A stretch of DNA of 64,000 bases from Azolla caroliniana (Eukaryota; Plantae; Polypodiophyta). This document shows, piece after piece, positions 49,744 through 62,600 of this stretch. Every line of letters begins with the position of its first letter. The first letter of the stretch is position 1. The DNA lies in NCBI GenBank assembly GCA_043228905.1, contig JBHGNT010000012.1, positions 9,052,001 through 9,116,000 on the forward strand. Reading direction: 5' to 3'. The notes beneath the pieces are model-generated. The model worked only from the letters and a program-made list of their open reading frames with translations. It made no database searches and was not told where the DNA came from. Made by a program: the position numbers and the translations under genes.

Positions 49744-52700
49744 ACGTGGAAGCCTCTTCTACAGAGAAGACGATAGGATTACGATGAGCGTACACGGCTA
49801 CACCCGTTAGGTATAAAGGGAGCTCAGTTTACGTGTATGGGGAGAGTACACAGATAAAAGAATAGTAAGAGCGAAACTTATATTAAATGATAAGCTCACA
49901 GTGATTATAGCACACGGCTCTCGGTCGGAACAGTTCGTGTAGAGCTTGGTGCTACAATATTAATCTCCCTAAAATGATCTAGAAAAAAATCCCCCCTTGA
50001 GGTATGCATAACTCGGGTTATATAGTTTTCCTCTTGAGACAGAACCGAGCCATCGGCTGATTGTGAGGGCTAAAACTCAGCTATCTCTAGTTTTACCTAT
50101 TTCCTCACCTACTCTTCTACCTAACGACGAGTTTACATAATGTATTTATATTTCTGGCCTATGGACAACACCTGGCACGCCTGTGGGACAGGACCTTGTC
50201 CATCGGACCCATGGTTCACAATGTGGAGGGGTAACCATGGATTTGGCAAACAAAACAAATTACAAAAATTGCCCGTTTATACAAGGGCTGATAGGTTTGA
50301 TTTACTCCTCTTCTAATATGCCGAGGATATCCTCGGGGGCGTGGGGTTGGTGATGGAGGTTTTGTTGCCGAGTCAGGGATGGCTATGTCATCGTGTGCGC
50401 TGCCCTCTGTTGGTACCGATTCAGGCAGGGTCGTGGTTGTAGGTTGTGGCTCGGGTGGGATGTGGGGATTTGTAGGGGCAGGTTCCTCCGGTCTGGCTTC
50501 CGTGGTGGGTGGCTCGGGTCCTTGCTCGTTGGTCGTGGGAGCTCTGTTAATCCCGGTAGCTAGGAGTTCCTCCTCGTAAGTTTCGGCTTCTAAGAGAAAC
50601 ACCATTAGATCGTCGTTGAATTCCTCTAAAAGTTGCTCAATGGCCACGGTGTGGGATGCTGCGCAGGTATGATATTCCTCAATCAAGTCTTCATGGAGGG
50701 TCTGGATGCTGGTGTCATCCATCTTGTAAAACCCTCGGCCCTCCTTCCGTCGGTTCTCGGCATCCGCGCGTAGTATGTGTAGGTTCGCGGCTTGGGGTGA
50801 CCACTCCTGCCAGACATGGTCAAGCGTTTCCTCGATCTTCTTGGTGAATTGTTGGCGATACTTGTTGATCAGGATCTTGATTTTAGTATCGTCCATGCCG
50901 ATGCTAGCTCAGTGAACTTCCACTTCCTCCCTTGCGGCCTTGGCTTCTTCTTGGCTTTTGCGGACGAGGAGCGCTAAAGTAGCTCGATTATCTTTTACTT
51001 TTTTCGGTGATGAGTGCGATTGTCTGCTCATAACGTTTGGTGAGCTGAGCTACAGTTTCGTCCATGTCTTGTCTCCAAGCGTCCCAATGTTGTTCTCTGG
51101 CGGCGATGTGCTCTGTTTGCAATTGGTGATATGCATCGGAAATTTTTTCCCTTTGCTCTTTCAAGATCCTCCATTTTTGCATGTGTTCATTTGCCAATTC
51201 TTGTAATGCCCTTTAGTGACGTCGTAATTCCTGGTTGTTTGCGAAGAGCTTGCGTTCTCGTTGGCTATTCCGCTTAGCTTCTTTGATGAAACGTTCTTTG
51301 GCCTCGGTGATAGAGACCTGAAGGGTCATCACCTCTCTTTCTTGTTCTTTGAGTGCGACCAAGTTTTCAGCAAGCAATCGCTTGAGGTTAGCTTCACAGC
51401 CCGCGGCTTGTTCCCATAGTTGGCCAAGAATGTTGTTGTGGTTCTGTTTTGCTCACTCGGCCAGAGCGATCTGGGCCTTAAGCTCCTCTTGGTAGTCCCA
51501 GAGGGGAGGCCCTGTCTGGGTTGCCGCTTGCTGGATTCGGGGAGGGGGTTCCCTATTCGTCAGTGTCGATCGTTCCATGACGATAGATGGTGGTGGCGTT
51601 TGCATGGAGGTGTGGCTGGTTTGGGTGTGCGGGCTTATATCTGCCTGTGACGATGACTTGCTTGTCTGTACCAATTCCTTCATTGTGTTGGCATCAACCG
51701 TGGCTACCTTGGGGTAAGCTGTGTCGTCTTTGTGTGCATCGGTACCCGCAACACTTAGGCTCAGGTTCGGAAGAGTGGCTGGTGAGACATCGTCACTCGG
51801 CGCAGGGAGGCTTAAGGGCGGATGTTCTGGATGTTGCTGCTTCAATGACGTCACTTTCTCCTCTGCGGCTTGCCATAGCTCGGTAGCCCGTTTGGCTTGC
51901 TAATGCGCCGTTTTGATACGACGGGCCATGTCTTTGGCTACCTGAGTAGTGTGGTGCAGATTTCGATATGCCTCGACTAAGGCCGTGTTCAGATCTGGTA
52001 GCTCCATGAGGAGAGAAGCATTCTGTGCTTGCTTCTTCCGCCCTATCTTCTGTAAGGTTCGATCCTCGTGAGGTTTGATGTCTCCCATTAGAGCACGTTG
52101 GATCATCTTTGTTTCCGCGTGCTCTTCGGCCATATGAGCGGCGGCAACTACTTGGGCGCGCGCGAGGAAATCCATTAAATCATATGTTGTGCCCAGTCGA
52201 AGTAGTGCATTGAACTCGTATGCCTCTGCGGGGATATCTTTGTAACCGAGGACTTCCTCCCTGATATCTGCGTGGTTTGTCCATGCTCGATCCTACCAAC
52301 TTGGAGGCATGACTCCGCTGGTACCATGGCCGTGGAGGTCGGGCTGGCCTTTTTTGATCTCTGATGATGGGTGCCCTCGGTTTCTGTGGTTGACTCTCGA
52401 ATGATGCGGTGTCTTTTTGGCGGCTGATCCTGTGAGTCTGGGGCCGGTGGTGTTGGCTCCTCGGCTTGTTTCCTCTTTTGTTGTCGTATGCTCGAGTGTT
52501 GCTGGCTTGTGGGCCATGGGCTCGGTTGTGGAGAGGGCATTGATGTCCTTGGTGTTTTCTGGCGTATGGTGACACCCTCAGTGATGGGCTCCTCGGCCTC
52601 GTCCCATTCAACATGGGTCGCTGTTAATGCCCGTTGTTTTTGTGTTTTTGGTGGGGGTGGTGCCGGGGCGGAAGTAGGGTTCCGAACGGTCGAGGGAGGT

Positions 52701-54706
52701 GGAGAAGGCGAGGGGTCTTCCCATTCTTCTTGGGTTAATGCCAAAATCTTCTCCTGTTGTTTCCTTGGTGGTGGTGGGGAGGTAAGGATGCGACGAGGGG
52801 AAACCGAAGGAGGTGGGTAGAGGATTGTGAGGAAGTGATTAATCACAAGCAACAAGCGCTTACTGGTTTGAAAAGATTCGAGTGCCGCACAGACTCCTTC
52901 ACCGGTGATGATTCCCCAATCAATTTTGTGGCCTTCATATGCCCGGATGATGATGGTAGCTTTGTTCTGTGGCATACTTGTGGGATTTGTATGCACAAAG
53001 GCGTATTCCATCAAAATCCGAGCGATCTCCCCAAAAGCTTTGTTTGGCCCTCCATAAGTGCGGTAAGCTTTACCCGACATTGAATACATCCCAAAATATT
53101 CCTTGAGGATTGAGTGGGGAGGGATTTCGACCTCATGGTCTCTTCCCTGCGCAAGGTCCAGAGCCGCGCGAATCATGTTGTTGGATACTGTGTCAGGGTG
53201 GATTCTGCGTGCTATTGCTGGGGTGTCAGGGTGCGCTGGGGCGTCGATGATCCGTAAGTACCCACCCAGTCCTCGTTGATGTAGCCAAGAATGGGTTTCA
53301 TGCGATGCTGCGAGAGGCATGGTGGATGCGATGGTTTGCTGACAGGAGGCGTGGGGGGAAGCGATGAGACGAGGGCGAGACAAAGAGTTGGAAGAACACT
53401 GTTGTTTTGTGCAAGGGCTATGAGGGCGAGAGGAGGCCGGTTTGTAGAGGCGATGAGAACGAGAGCGAGCTTGGGAGCTTGAAGGCGGTGAAGGCAAGAA
53501 TGCGTCTGTGTGAGTGAGTGTGTTGTGTGTGGGGTAATTTCTTTTATGTGACTGCCTAGGGTTTTGTGTAGGGAGAAGATCCTTGAGATTCTTGGTCGTG
53601 GCTGCCCTAATAAGGTATTATGGCCACGCGTCCCAGGAGTGCTATGTCTGGTGTGCATGCTCCTTAGATATTCTATTTTAAAGTGAATGTGACTAGTTGG
53701 TGCGCCTAAGAAAATTCGTGATTTGGGGTGATTAGTTAGGTAGTTTTAGGTAAGGTTAATTTAACTGCTAAAAACCATTCCTACTATATACATTTGGTGG
53801 GTAGGTCATTATTTTACCGAGGGGGGACATGTGGCTACCTTCGAGGCGTCGTCCATGAACTGGTCTGTGTCGTCGGTCTCGGCGAAAGGATTAATTGGGG
53901 TCTTCCCATGGTAAGGTCGAAGTCGGAAGCCATTTACCCAACTCTTGACGATGTCCCCGGCAAGTGTGCCGAGTTGGAATGTGCCGTTAAACTCGTCAAT
54001 TATCTAGAAGGGGCCTGTCCATCGGAATCGTAATTTCCCCAGCATAGCACCGAGTCGTGTTTGGAAGACCAGCATTGGTTTGCCGATGGTAAGTGCTTTC
54101 TCTCTACCATTCCGGTGTCGATCGACGAAGGCTTTGCGTTGTTCCAGGTGAGCCATGTTGGCCACTCGATGTTCGCCGAGTTCGAGGAGTTGTTCGAGCC
54201 GAGATTGCTCTGATTGGTCCTCGGGTAACCTTTCCTTAACCTGAACTCGGAGACTCGGAGCTTTGAACTCGATCGGCATGACTACTTCCAAACCAAAGGC
54301 CATCCGAAACGGTGTAGACTGAATGCTAGTTTTGAATGGGGTGCGATACGCCCACAAGGCACTCTGGAGCTTGTCATCCCAATCGGTGCGGTTCTCATTG
54401 ACGATCTTTTTCAGGATTGTTTGCAAAATTTTATTAGTAGACTCCGCCAATCCGTTTGCTTGTGGATAATACAACGTACTTTTCTTATGTACGACTGCGT
54501 AGTGTGTAGTGAGCTCGCGAATTATGTGGTTTATAAAATGCCCGCCTTGGTCACTAATGAGGTCGATTGGGCATCCATATCGGCACCATAGATGTTCGTA
54601 TACGAATTTTGCCGTGGATGCAGCTATGTTGTCCCGTAGTGCCTTAGCCTCGACCCATTTTGTGCAATAGTCTGTGGCCACGATGATGTATTTGTTACCG
54701 GTGCCA
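49744..54706 (-). mobile_element. Copy A of non-chromovirus gypsy: INT, extra ORF (broken), inverted PBS, 3' LTR
   Basis: INT ORF 54004-54738; extra ORF pieces 53497-50216; LTR starts TGTTG at 50170 with a minus-strand TATA near 50020. Confidence 0.88.
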
Positions 54707-54810
54707 GGGAAGCCCACTGTGGAATTGCCGGCGGGCATTATGCCGGCGACGCAACCGCTCGGAAAATATGGCAGAGCGGACTGTGGTGGCCGACCACCCT
54801 AAAAGATGCC

Positions 54811-55932
54811 GTGAAGTATAGCAGAGAATGCGATTTGTGTCAACGACTGGGCCAACCCACAGAGCAGGCCCGGATGCCACACCACCCGGTCTTGCCCTTA
54901 GAACCGTTTCAAAAGTGGGGGTTGGACTTTGTCGGTCCCTTCAAACCACCGGCAATGCGAACCGGAAATCGGTATGTCATAGTGGCGACCGACTATTGCA
55001 CCAAATGGGTAGAAGCAAAGGCCTTACGGGACAACACGGCCGCTTCCACGGCAAAGTTTCTGTACGAATGCATATGGTGCCGGTATGGATGCCCGATCGA
55101 GCTTATAAGTGACCAAGGAGGACATTTTCTCGGGCAGGTAGTAGAAAGCCTGACGTCATTTTACGCGGTGGTACATAAAAAGAGTACACCCTACTACCCT
55201 CAAGCCAATGGACTAGTGGAATCAACGAACAAAACTCTGCAGAACATCCTACGAAAAATCGTCAACGAGAACTGGACCGACTGGGCGTACCGAACAACGT
55301 ACAAAACCAGCATCCAGACAACCCCGTTCCGACTAGCATTCGGGTTAGAAGCGGTCATGCCGGTAGTGTTCCAGATCCCCAGCTTACGGATTCAGGTAAA
55401 GGAGTGCTTAAGTGAGAACGAGTCCGAACGAATCCGACTGGCAACGCTGTTGGAATTAGAGGAAAACCGAATAGCCAGCTTACTACAACTCGAACTGGAG
55501 CAAAGGAGGAGAAAAGCCTTCGTGGACCGACACCGGCGTGGCAATGAAAAGGAGTTTGAAGTCGGGAAACCGGTGCTACTATTCCAGACAAGGATGGGGA
55601 ACATGGCGGGAAAGTTGCGGTTTCGATGGACCGGACCGTTCTGGATCACCAAGGAGTACAATGGGTCGTATCAGCTCGGCACGTTGTCTGGAGATGTCAT
55701 CGGCAAGTGGGCAAATGGATTTCGGCTAAAGCCGTATAAAGGAAATATGCCAGCCAACCCGTTCAAGCGAAACCTGGAAATCCGGCAAGAGGAAGAACCG
55801 ACACCGACAGACGCTGCTGAAGACATTCGGACCGAGGAAGAACCGACACCGATACTGACGAGGACCATCCCGGAAAACCGACACGAACCGACCCGAACCG
55901 ACCTGAACAAAGCGGGGGGGACCAGCAAATGA
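54811..55932 (+). pseudogene. Integrase (Athila/Tat-type, GPF motif, no chromodomain), 5'-truncated
   Basis: DDE motifs as above; small in-frame deletion at TDW-AYR relative to copy A (TDWDDKLQSALWAYR). Confidence 0.9.
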
Positions 55933-56156
55933 CGTGGTCCAAGCAAAAGAAAAGAAAGAAAAAAAAAAATAAAAAAAAAAATGACGTGGGCAGAATCGAC
56001 GCGAATCATCGTAATGATGGGGAGATCACAAGAGGTGGGAGCGCCACCATGCAACGAAGAGGCGCCATGCATTAAAGAAGGACGTGTGCGCACTTGCTAT
56101 TTAAAGCAGAGAACGTGGGCACTCACACGCGGCAAACAAGAAAGGACATACTAATT

Positions 56157-59100
56157 ATGGCGGGAGAGGAACATGCGGGGGAAACGAAAAAGGACGGCTC
56201 GAGGCACAACCCACTATATAAGACACAGGCCTGCGAAGGGCTCACGTTTTACGAATTTTCCTACATACAGGCGCAGAAGCACAGAAGAGCGACCCGACGC
56301 ACAGAGCACACACAGCGCGATCCCGAACACCAGGCAGCAGATGAAGAATTCGAAGCAATGGTACTGTCGGAAGAGGCACGCCAATGGATGAGGGAGAACG
56401 GGTTAAAAGGCTTGCTGCGGATCGCCGACGCTCCACCACACGCAGAACCAGAGCAGGCGGCAGCATCGATCGATATATCAGAAGTCACGGAAGGAGCGGT
56501 GCAGGCACTCACGGGGATCAAAGCAGGAGGACTGCAAACAATCGAAAACCCTTCCAGGGAAATCCTGTTCGAATATTTCGGGGAATACTCTATCAGCAGC
56601 AAGGCGTACCGAACGCAGGGCGGAGAGAACCTGCTGTTCGGAGAAGTAGCCCGCGCTATGATGGAATACGGATTCGTGAATCCCCGTCCCCCAGCCATAG
56701 CCAAGTATCGGGCAACATTCTTGATAGCAGCGTACGAGGGCTTACAAATAGACTGGCTCCATTTCATAACCGAAGGATTGAAGGAGGCCATCAAAAATCT
56801 GGTGGAAGGAAAAAGGCCATGGGCCGGGATAACACAATGGCTAACGGTGTTAGTCCCACCGGTACTCCCCATCACACAAAAGAAAAGAGGTCAGCAGGAG
56901 ACGACGCCGAAACAGGTCACAAAGCGCCGACAGATCTTGGAGAAACACACCCCCGGATGGACCCCGCAAGAAGCAGAACAGCAGGGGGAAGGACCATCCC
57001 GACAGCAACAGGAACCGGCCACAAAGGCAAAACCGGCAGGTAAAGGCAAAGGGAAAGCGGCTGAGGAGGAACCGGTAGCGCGCAAACCAATCCATATAAC
57101 GCTGCGACGGCCGGAACCGGAACCAGAGGTCTCTAGACAAAAGGTCCGTCTGGTACCCGCACCGGAGGGGGAAACTGAAACAGAAGACTCATCCGAACCC
57201 CTGGTAAGACTCCCAGCAAGACAAGGTCGGGAGAAACGGGCGAAAGGACCGGCTCCACCAGTGGACAGAACTCAGCAGAGGGCGCAAGGACCATCTCCAG
57301 TAGCCGAGGCGGAAATAGCACCGGAACCTGTACCCAGGGAAGCAGCACCGACACCGGTTGGGCCGGACTTCAGAAAACCGGTCATCCCAGAGAAGAAGAA
57401 GGAACGAGTGCCGGAACCGGAGCCAGAGAAGAGGCCGGAAAATCAGCCTGGCTTAAGTGAGCAAGGCCACCCCGAAATCGGAAGAACAAAGCCACAATGG
57501 CTGAGATGGCTTTCGGAGCAGTTATCGGGAGTAGCGGACCAGTTAGAGAAAGAAGAAACGTGCCGGCAACAGCTGACGCATACAACAACGCAGGAGTTGG
57601 TCGCGCTCCGAACACAGATCGAGGAAATGCAAGGGGAGCTGTTGGAGGCAAGGGAAGGAATCCAACAAGCACAAGCTGTCACCGAGCCGGTCGGGACAAC
57701 AAGGAAGCAACCAGAACCGGAATCGGAACCGGTAGCCTTGCAAACCGGCCCTGAGACCGAAAAAATAATAGAAACCTTACGAGAGGAGTTACAAGCTCAG
57801 GAGGCATTAAGGGAAAGAGAAAGGGAGCAGCGGAAAGCGGTGGAGGATGACAGACGAAAAATGGAAGAAGGCCTCCGGAAAGGTCGAGCCGCTAATGACC
57901 GACTGCAAGAAGAAAAAGAGAAGCTGCAGAAGGAGAAGGACCGACTACGTCGACATGCCGAACAAGAGATAGAACGACTGCAGGAAGAACTCCGACAACA
58001 GAAGGACCGGGACGATCGGTTAAGAGCTCAGGCAACCCGACGCCTGAAGCAGAAGACAGAGGACTTCGACCGTCTCTACAGAGATCACAAGCAGGCCGAG
58101 TCGGACAACAAAAAACGAGCAGCAGACTACGACCGGCAAATAGAGAAGCTGAAAGAGCAGCTCAAAGAGACCCGATTAGACCTGGCTAAGGCGATGGATG
58201 AGGTCAGTGCCAACAAGGAAGCATTGTCGGCGGAAATAGCCCAAGCAACGGAGAGAAGGAAGGAATTAGAGGCGCTAAGGCGGGAAAAGCTGGACCTGAC
58301 CAAGATCAGGAATGAAGAAAAGGAAAAATCGACCTTCACGATCAGCAAACTGCAGAGTACCTATGAAAAGCAGAAAGCAGATTACGAGGCCTAGGCTCAG
58401 ATAATGGCCGACATTATAAAACGGGCAAGGAAGGAAAAGCAGGAAGCTTATGCGCATGCTAAGGCAGGAGTTGACCGGATCAAGCTCATCATGTCAGGAT
58501 GGAGTACCCGAGCTCAGGCAAGTATCAACGAAAGTACGGAAAAGCTATGGAAGGAGTGGTCACAACAGGCAGCCGAGCTGCAGACACTCCGAGCGGATGC
58601 CGAGAATCGGAAGAAGACCGGCGACAGGTTCTACAAGATGGATGAAGAAAGTATCGTCGCCATTCGGGAGGAATTGTCGGAGGATTTCTACACTTTAGCA
58701 GAAGAACACCTCAAAGAAATCCGAGGGTTGGTAGAGAGGTTGGATGACGGGCAGCTCGCAACTCAGTTGGAGTTGGAGAGATACGAGCAGGACCGGGTAC
58801 GACAGGAAGCTAAGGGAAGAACGACGCCAACCACTATTGGTGAGGGAACGCGACCGGATGAAGATGAACCAACCGACACCGAACAACCCCGACAAGGAAT
58901 ACCTGAAGACGAACTCGAAGAAGAGCAGGAGCGGACCGATGCCGGAGAAGAAGAAGAGCTGAGACCGGAAGACACCAGAGCAGAGGAAGGAGGCATATCA
59001 AGTCGACCAGTCGAGACCGGAGAAAGCGACACCGGTAACAGAACAGAGCCAGGAACGGAGGGAGAATAGGAAGAACCCGGACGAAGCGGTGAGGAAGCAC

Positions 59101-59261
59101 CGGCACCACGGAATCAAGCAGAGCCGGAGCAGAAAATTTTTACGGAACAGCCTACCCAACAGGAGGTCGGAGACCAGGCAGGCAAGGAACAGGAACAGGA
59201 GGAAGAAGCACCACTTGACACTATCGAGCAAAGTGTGCTCGATATTTTGGAGGAAGACTGA
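56157..59261 (+). pseudogene. Retrotransposon extra ORF: helical N-domain, Pro/Glu linker, long coiled coil, conserved C-domain, acidic tail
   Basis: ORFs 56094-58394 and 58404-59069 and the tail to 59261 are in one frame, separated by two TAGs; homologous segments in copies A, C, D and E. Confidence 0.85.
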
Positions 59262-59690
59262 GGCCGGGTGTGGATTCGAAGTGCAAGGCACTTTCCCACG
59301 GGCGTGCCATGTGTTGGCCGGTCAGAAGAGCAAGGACAAGTGGGAAGGTGGATCGGATAATAGGAAGTAATAGTAGAATTATTATTCGGAGGGACGGATT
59401 CGGTACAGTTGTACCGATCCGGATCCGAACCGATTCGGATGTCGGTTGCCTAAGCGCACCGATTGTAACCTTGCCGGATGCCTATAAAAGGATCCGATGA
59501 TTTGTAAAGTGTTCGACGGAAGTAATACAATAGTAATTGTCGTGTATTTATCTGTATCTCATATTGTTTGCCGTCCGTGCTTAATTGTAATCATCTTATG
59601 CGTGTAACCTAGCATCCAATCCTTACCACCCCTTTGGAGAAGTGTCGGGTAGACACCTGTGTTGAGGCTAGTCCGGCCAGACAGACAACA

Positions 59691-62600
59691 GACAATACCT
59701 TGTACGTCGAATCCACAACCGACCCTTGCTATTCTTCATCCAAAATATCCAGAATGCTTTGTTCGAGAGTCTCCAATGGTTCATCTGGAATTGGTTGTTG
59801 TTGTTGTTGTTGTTGCTCTATTGATGTCTGCTGCAACGGGTCCGTTGATGGCTACTGCAGCTGCTCCTCCGTTTGTTGCTCTGACACCGGCGTCTCCGTC
59901 GTTGCTCCCTTCGTCGTAGTGGTCTCCGGTTGACTGGTTCCGGGTTGGGACTCAGCCGGCGACGGTTCCTCATCACTAAGGTGAACCGTTGCCGCTTCTC
60001 GTGCTTTTTCTTCCCGAACCCGGGACCGCTCGTAGCTTTCAAACTGGATTTGAGCGTCCAACCTATCATCGTCTAGCTGAGCTACGAGCTGCCTGACCTG
60101 CGCCAACTGTTCATCCGCCAGGACTTGGAAGTCGTTGGCCAGCTCGTCCCGTATGGCGGTGAAGTCCTCGGAAGTCAACGTATAACAATCATCTCCTTCC
60201 TTTCGCCGGTTTGCCACGTCTGCCCGTAGCAATTGGAGTTCCACCGCGTTTTGTGCCCACTTTGTCCACCATCTTACGGAGCTTTCATCAATCAAGTGTT
60301 TTGTCTGATTCAACCATGCCCGGAGGATGGACTGAATCCAGCCCGTTCCCAATTGCGATTTGGTTTCCGCCACTTGCCGTTCCTCCTTCAGCTGTTTGAT
60401 GATTTTGACGTTGTCTTCCACCTGCGCCTTGTAATGCGTCAATTGCCTTTGATATGTGCTTTGTAATTTCTGCAATACTGTTGATGCTCTCTCTTTTTCT
60501 TCCTGCTGCTGCCTCTGGAGCTCCATCCGGACCTTCTCCGCCTCGTCCAAGCGTCTTGTATTTTCCGCACGTTCGTCGGCGATCGCCGTCGCGGCCCGAT
60601 CAACTTCCTGCTGGAGCTCGGCCATCCGTTCCTTATGCTCCGTTTCTAGCCGTTTGTAGTCTCAGTGCAGGTGCTCAAAATCATCTGTCTTTTGCTTGAG
60701 CCGTGCGTTGATCTGTCGACGGGCCCGGTCCTCGCGGTCCTTCTGCTGGCGGAGCTCTTCCTTTAGCCGTTCAATTTCCGTTTCCGCCGTCTTCCGCAAC
60801 TTGTTCTTTTCCTGCAACACTTTGTCTTTTTCCTCCCTTAGCCGGTCGTACGCTTGATGGCCTTTCCGGAGGCTCTCCTCTGCCCGGCGGAGGTTCTCAG
60901 CAGTCTTCTTTAATTCGGCTTCGGCCGCTGTCTTCAATTCTCGTTCACGGCTGCTTAGCGCTTCCTGTGCGGCAAGTTCATCTCTCAATTCCGCAAGCTC
61001 CTGGGCTTGCGTCGCATCTCTTGCCGGAACGGTTTCCGTTGCCAGGGTCTTATTGGTATGTACAGGTCGATCCGTTTCTTTATTCTGTACACTTACCGGA
61101 GTCACCGGTGATTGGATCCGTGTTGCCGTTAAGGCCATTTTGGCCATCTCTGTCGTGACCTGATCCAAGTCTTTTTCAAGGCACCGGATTCTGGACCGGG
61201 CCGTCTCTAGTTGTTCGGTTGTGACGAGCAACCGTTTGCTTTGCGTTCTTTCTTCCGCCTCAATATACCCCAATGCTTCGGCTATGTTATGTACACATAA
61301 CGTTGGTGAGGGTAGGTCACTAATATTTACATTAGTGAAGGGTATGTTCACTATTATTAAAAAGGGGACTAATGATTGGATAGAATGAATGATATGTGCA
61401 TGCACTATCATGATTTAGACAACCAATGAATAGAGAGCCTTTTTAGAAAGGCACATCTATTCAAGGGGCCTAGGAAAAGGTATAAATATGAGGCTTAGCT
61501 ACCCTCATAGGGATCATCACGTCGGAAGGCTGCTGTTGTAGACACCGGTGGTGCGGGCTAGGCTTTCGTCTCGACGATCGTGTTTATCTCTTCCAAGGTA
61601 TTAGTCATCCTAATATCCGGCGGTATGGGACGTCGGTGGTAGGTTGGCTATGTCTAGATCATAGCTCGGGGGTGGTCGGGTGGAACGGGTTCTTCTATCC
61701 AATCTATTTTCTTCCTTTTTACTTGATTTGGTCTATTGATTAGTAATAGACTCTTAACAGGCTATCTGTTCGCCTATCCACCGGAGCCACAGGCTACCGG
61801 TGCCTTGTTGTGCTTGCACGCAGGTTTGACAGATGGGCTTACTTGTAGATGGGTGGTCCCGCCTGGTTGCGCCGAGTTGTAGTTCCGTTTCTGCCCGTGG
61901 ACCACCGTGCTGTTCTGGTTCCCCTTGCGCTTCTTCTTGGCTGGCAGAGGGAGGCTGCATTGACCTTTCCGGCTCTGGCGGGATGGGACTTGCCGGTGTT
62001 GCCGGTGGTGCCGGGGCTTCTGATTCCGGTGCCATGCGCACCGGTTCCGGTACCTTCCTTGGTGTGGGAGTCTCAATATGGGGAGCCGGTGTTCCCTCCG
62101 TCTGAGGGTCCGAACGTTTCCCGACTGCCTCAACGGTCCTTGCTCCGTAGGCTCCTCCTCTATTTCCTCTTCCTGAGTCCCGACATTGAGTTTTGCCGCC
62201 AAGGGGTCCGCTTCTCTATTCATCGGTCGGCGGAGTGTAATCTTTACGGGCCGTGCCGGTGGTTCCTCCTGCGCATCTGTTGGCCGCTTCCCGCTGTCGC
62301 TCTCCTTTCCCGCCTGTTCTGCATCCGCCGCCTTCCCCTTAGTGGCCTTAGAGGCCAATAGCTGTTGTCGTTTGGAAGCCGTCTTTGGAGTGCCGTCCGC
62401 CACTCTTCCTCGCTTCTTGGGCTAGACGGGCTGGACGGGTGGCACAAGCAAGGTGAGCCACTGCGTTACGGCGTGCCATATCCTCCGTCCGTCTCGGCCT
62501 TCTTTGCCGTCTTTGCCTCTAACGATCTCGATCGCCGCACACAACCCGTCTGCGATCAATACCGGCCAATCCACCTTGATCCCTTCATAGGTGGCGATGA

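Larger units (their letters stand above)
54707..59690 (+). mobile_element. Copy B of non-chromovirus gypsy: INT, ~1000-aa extra ORF, inverted PBS, 3' LTR 59312-59690
   Basis: EAHCGIAGGH...CDLC (HHCC); KWGLDFVGP, SDQGGHF, ANGLVESTNK, RWTGPF; LTR TGTTG...CAACA with cctataaaagg. Confidence 0.92.

Noticed and set aside
56094-58394. Host SMC/myosin-like gene or env gene
   Set aside because: Sits between integrase and LTR in the copies where both are visible, has premature stops, and shows no ATPase or transmembrane motif.
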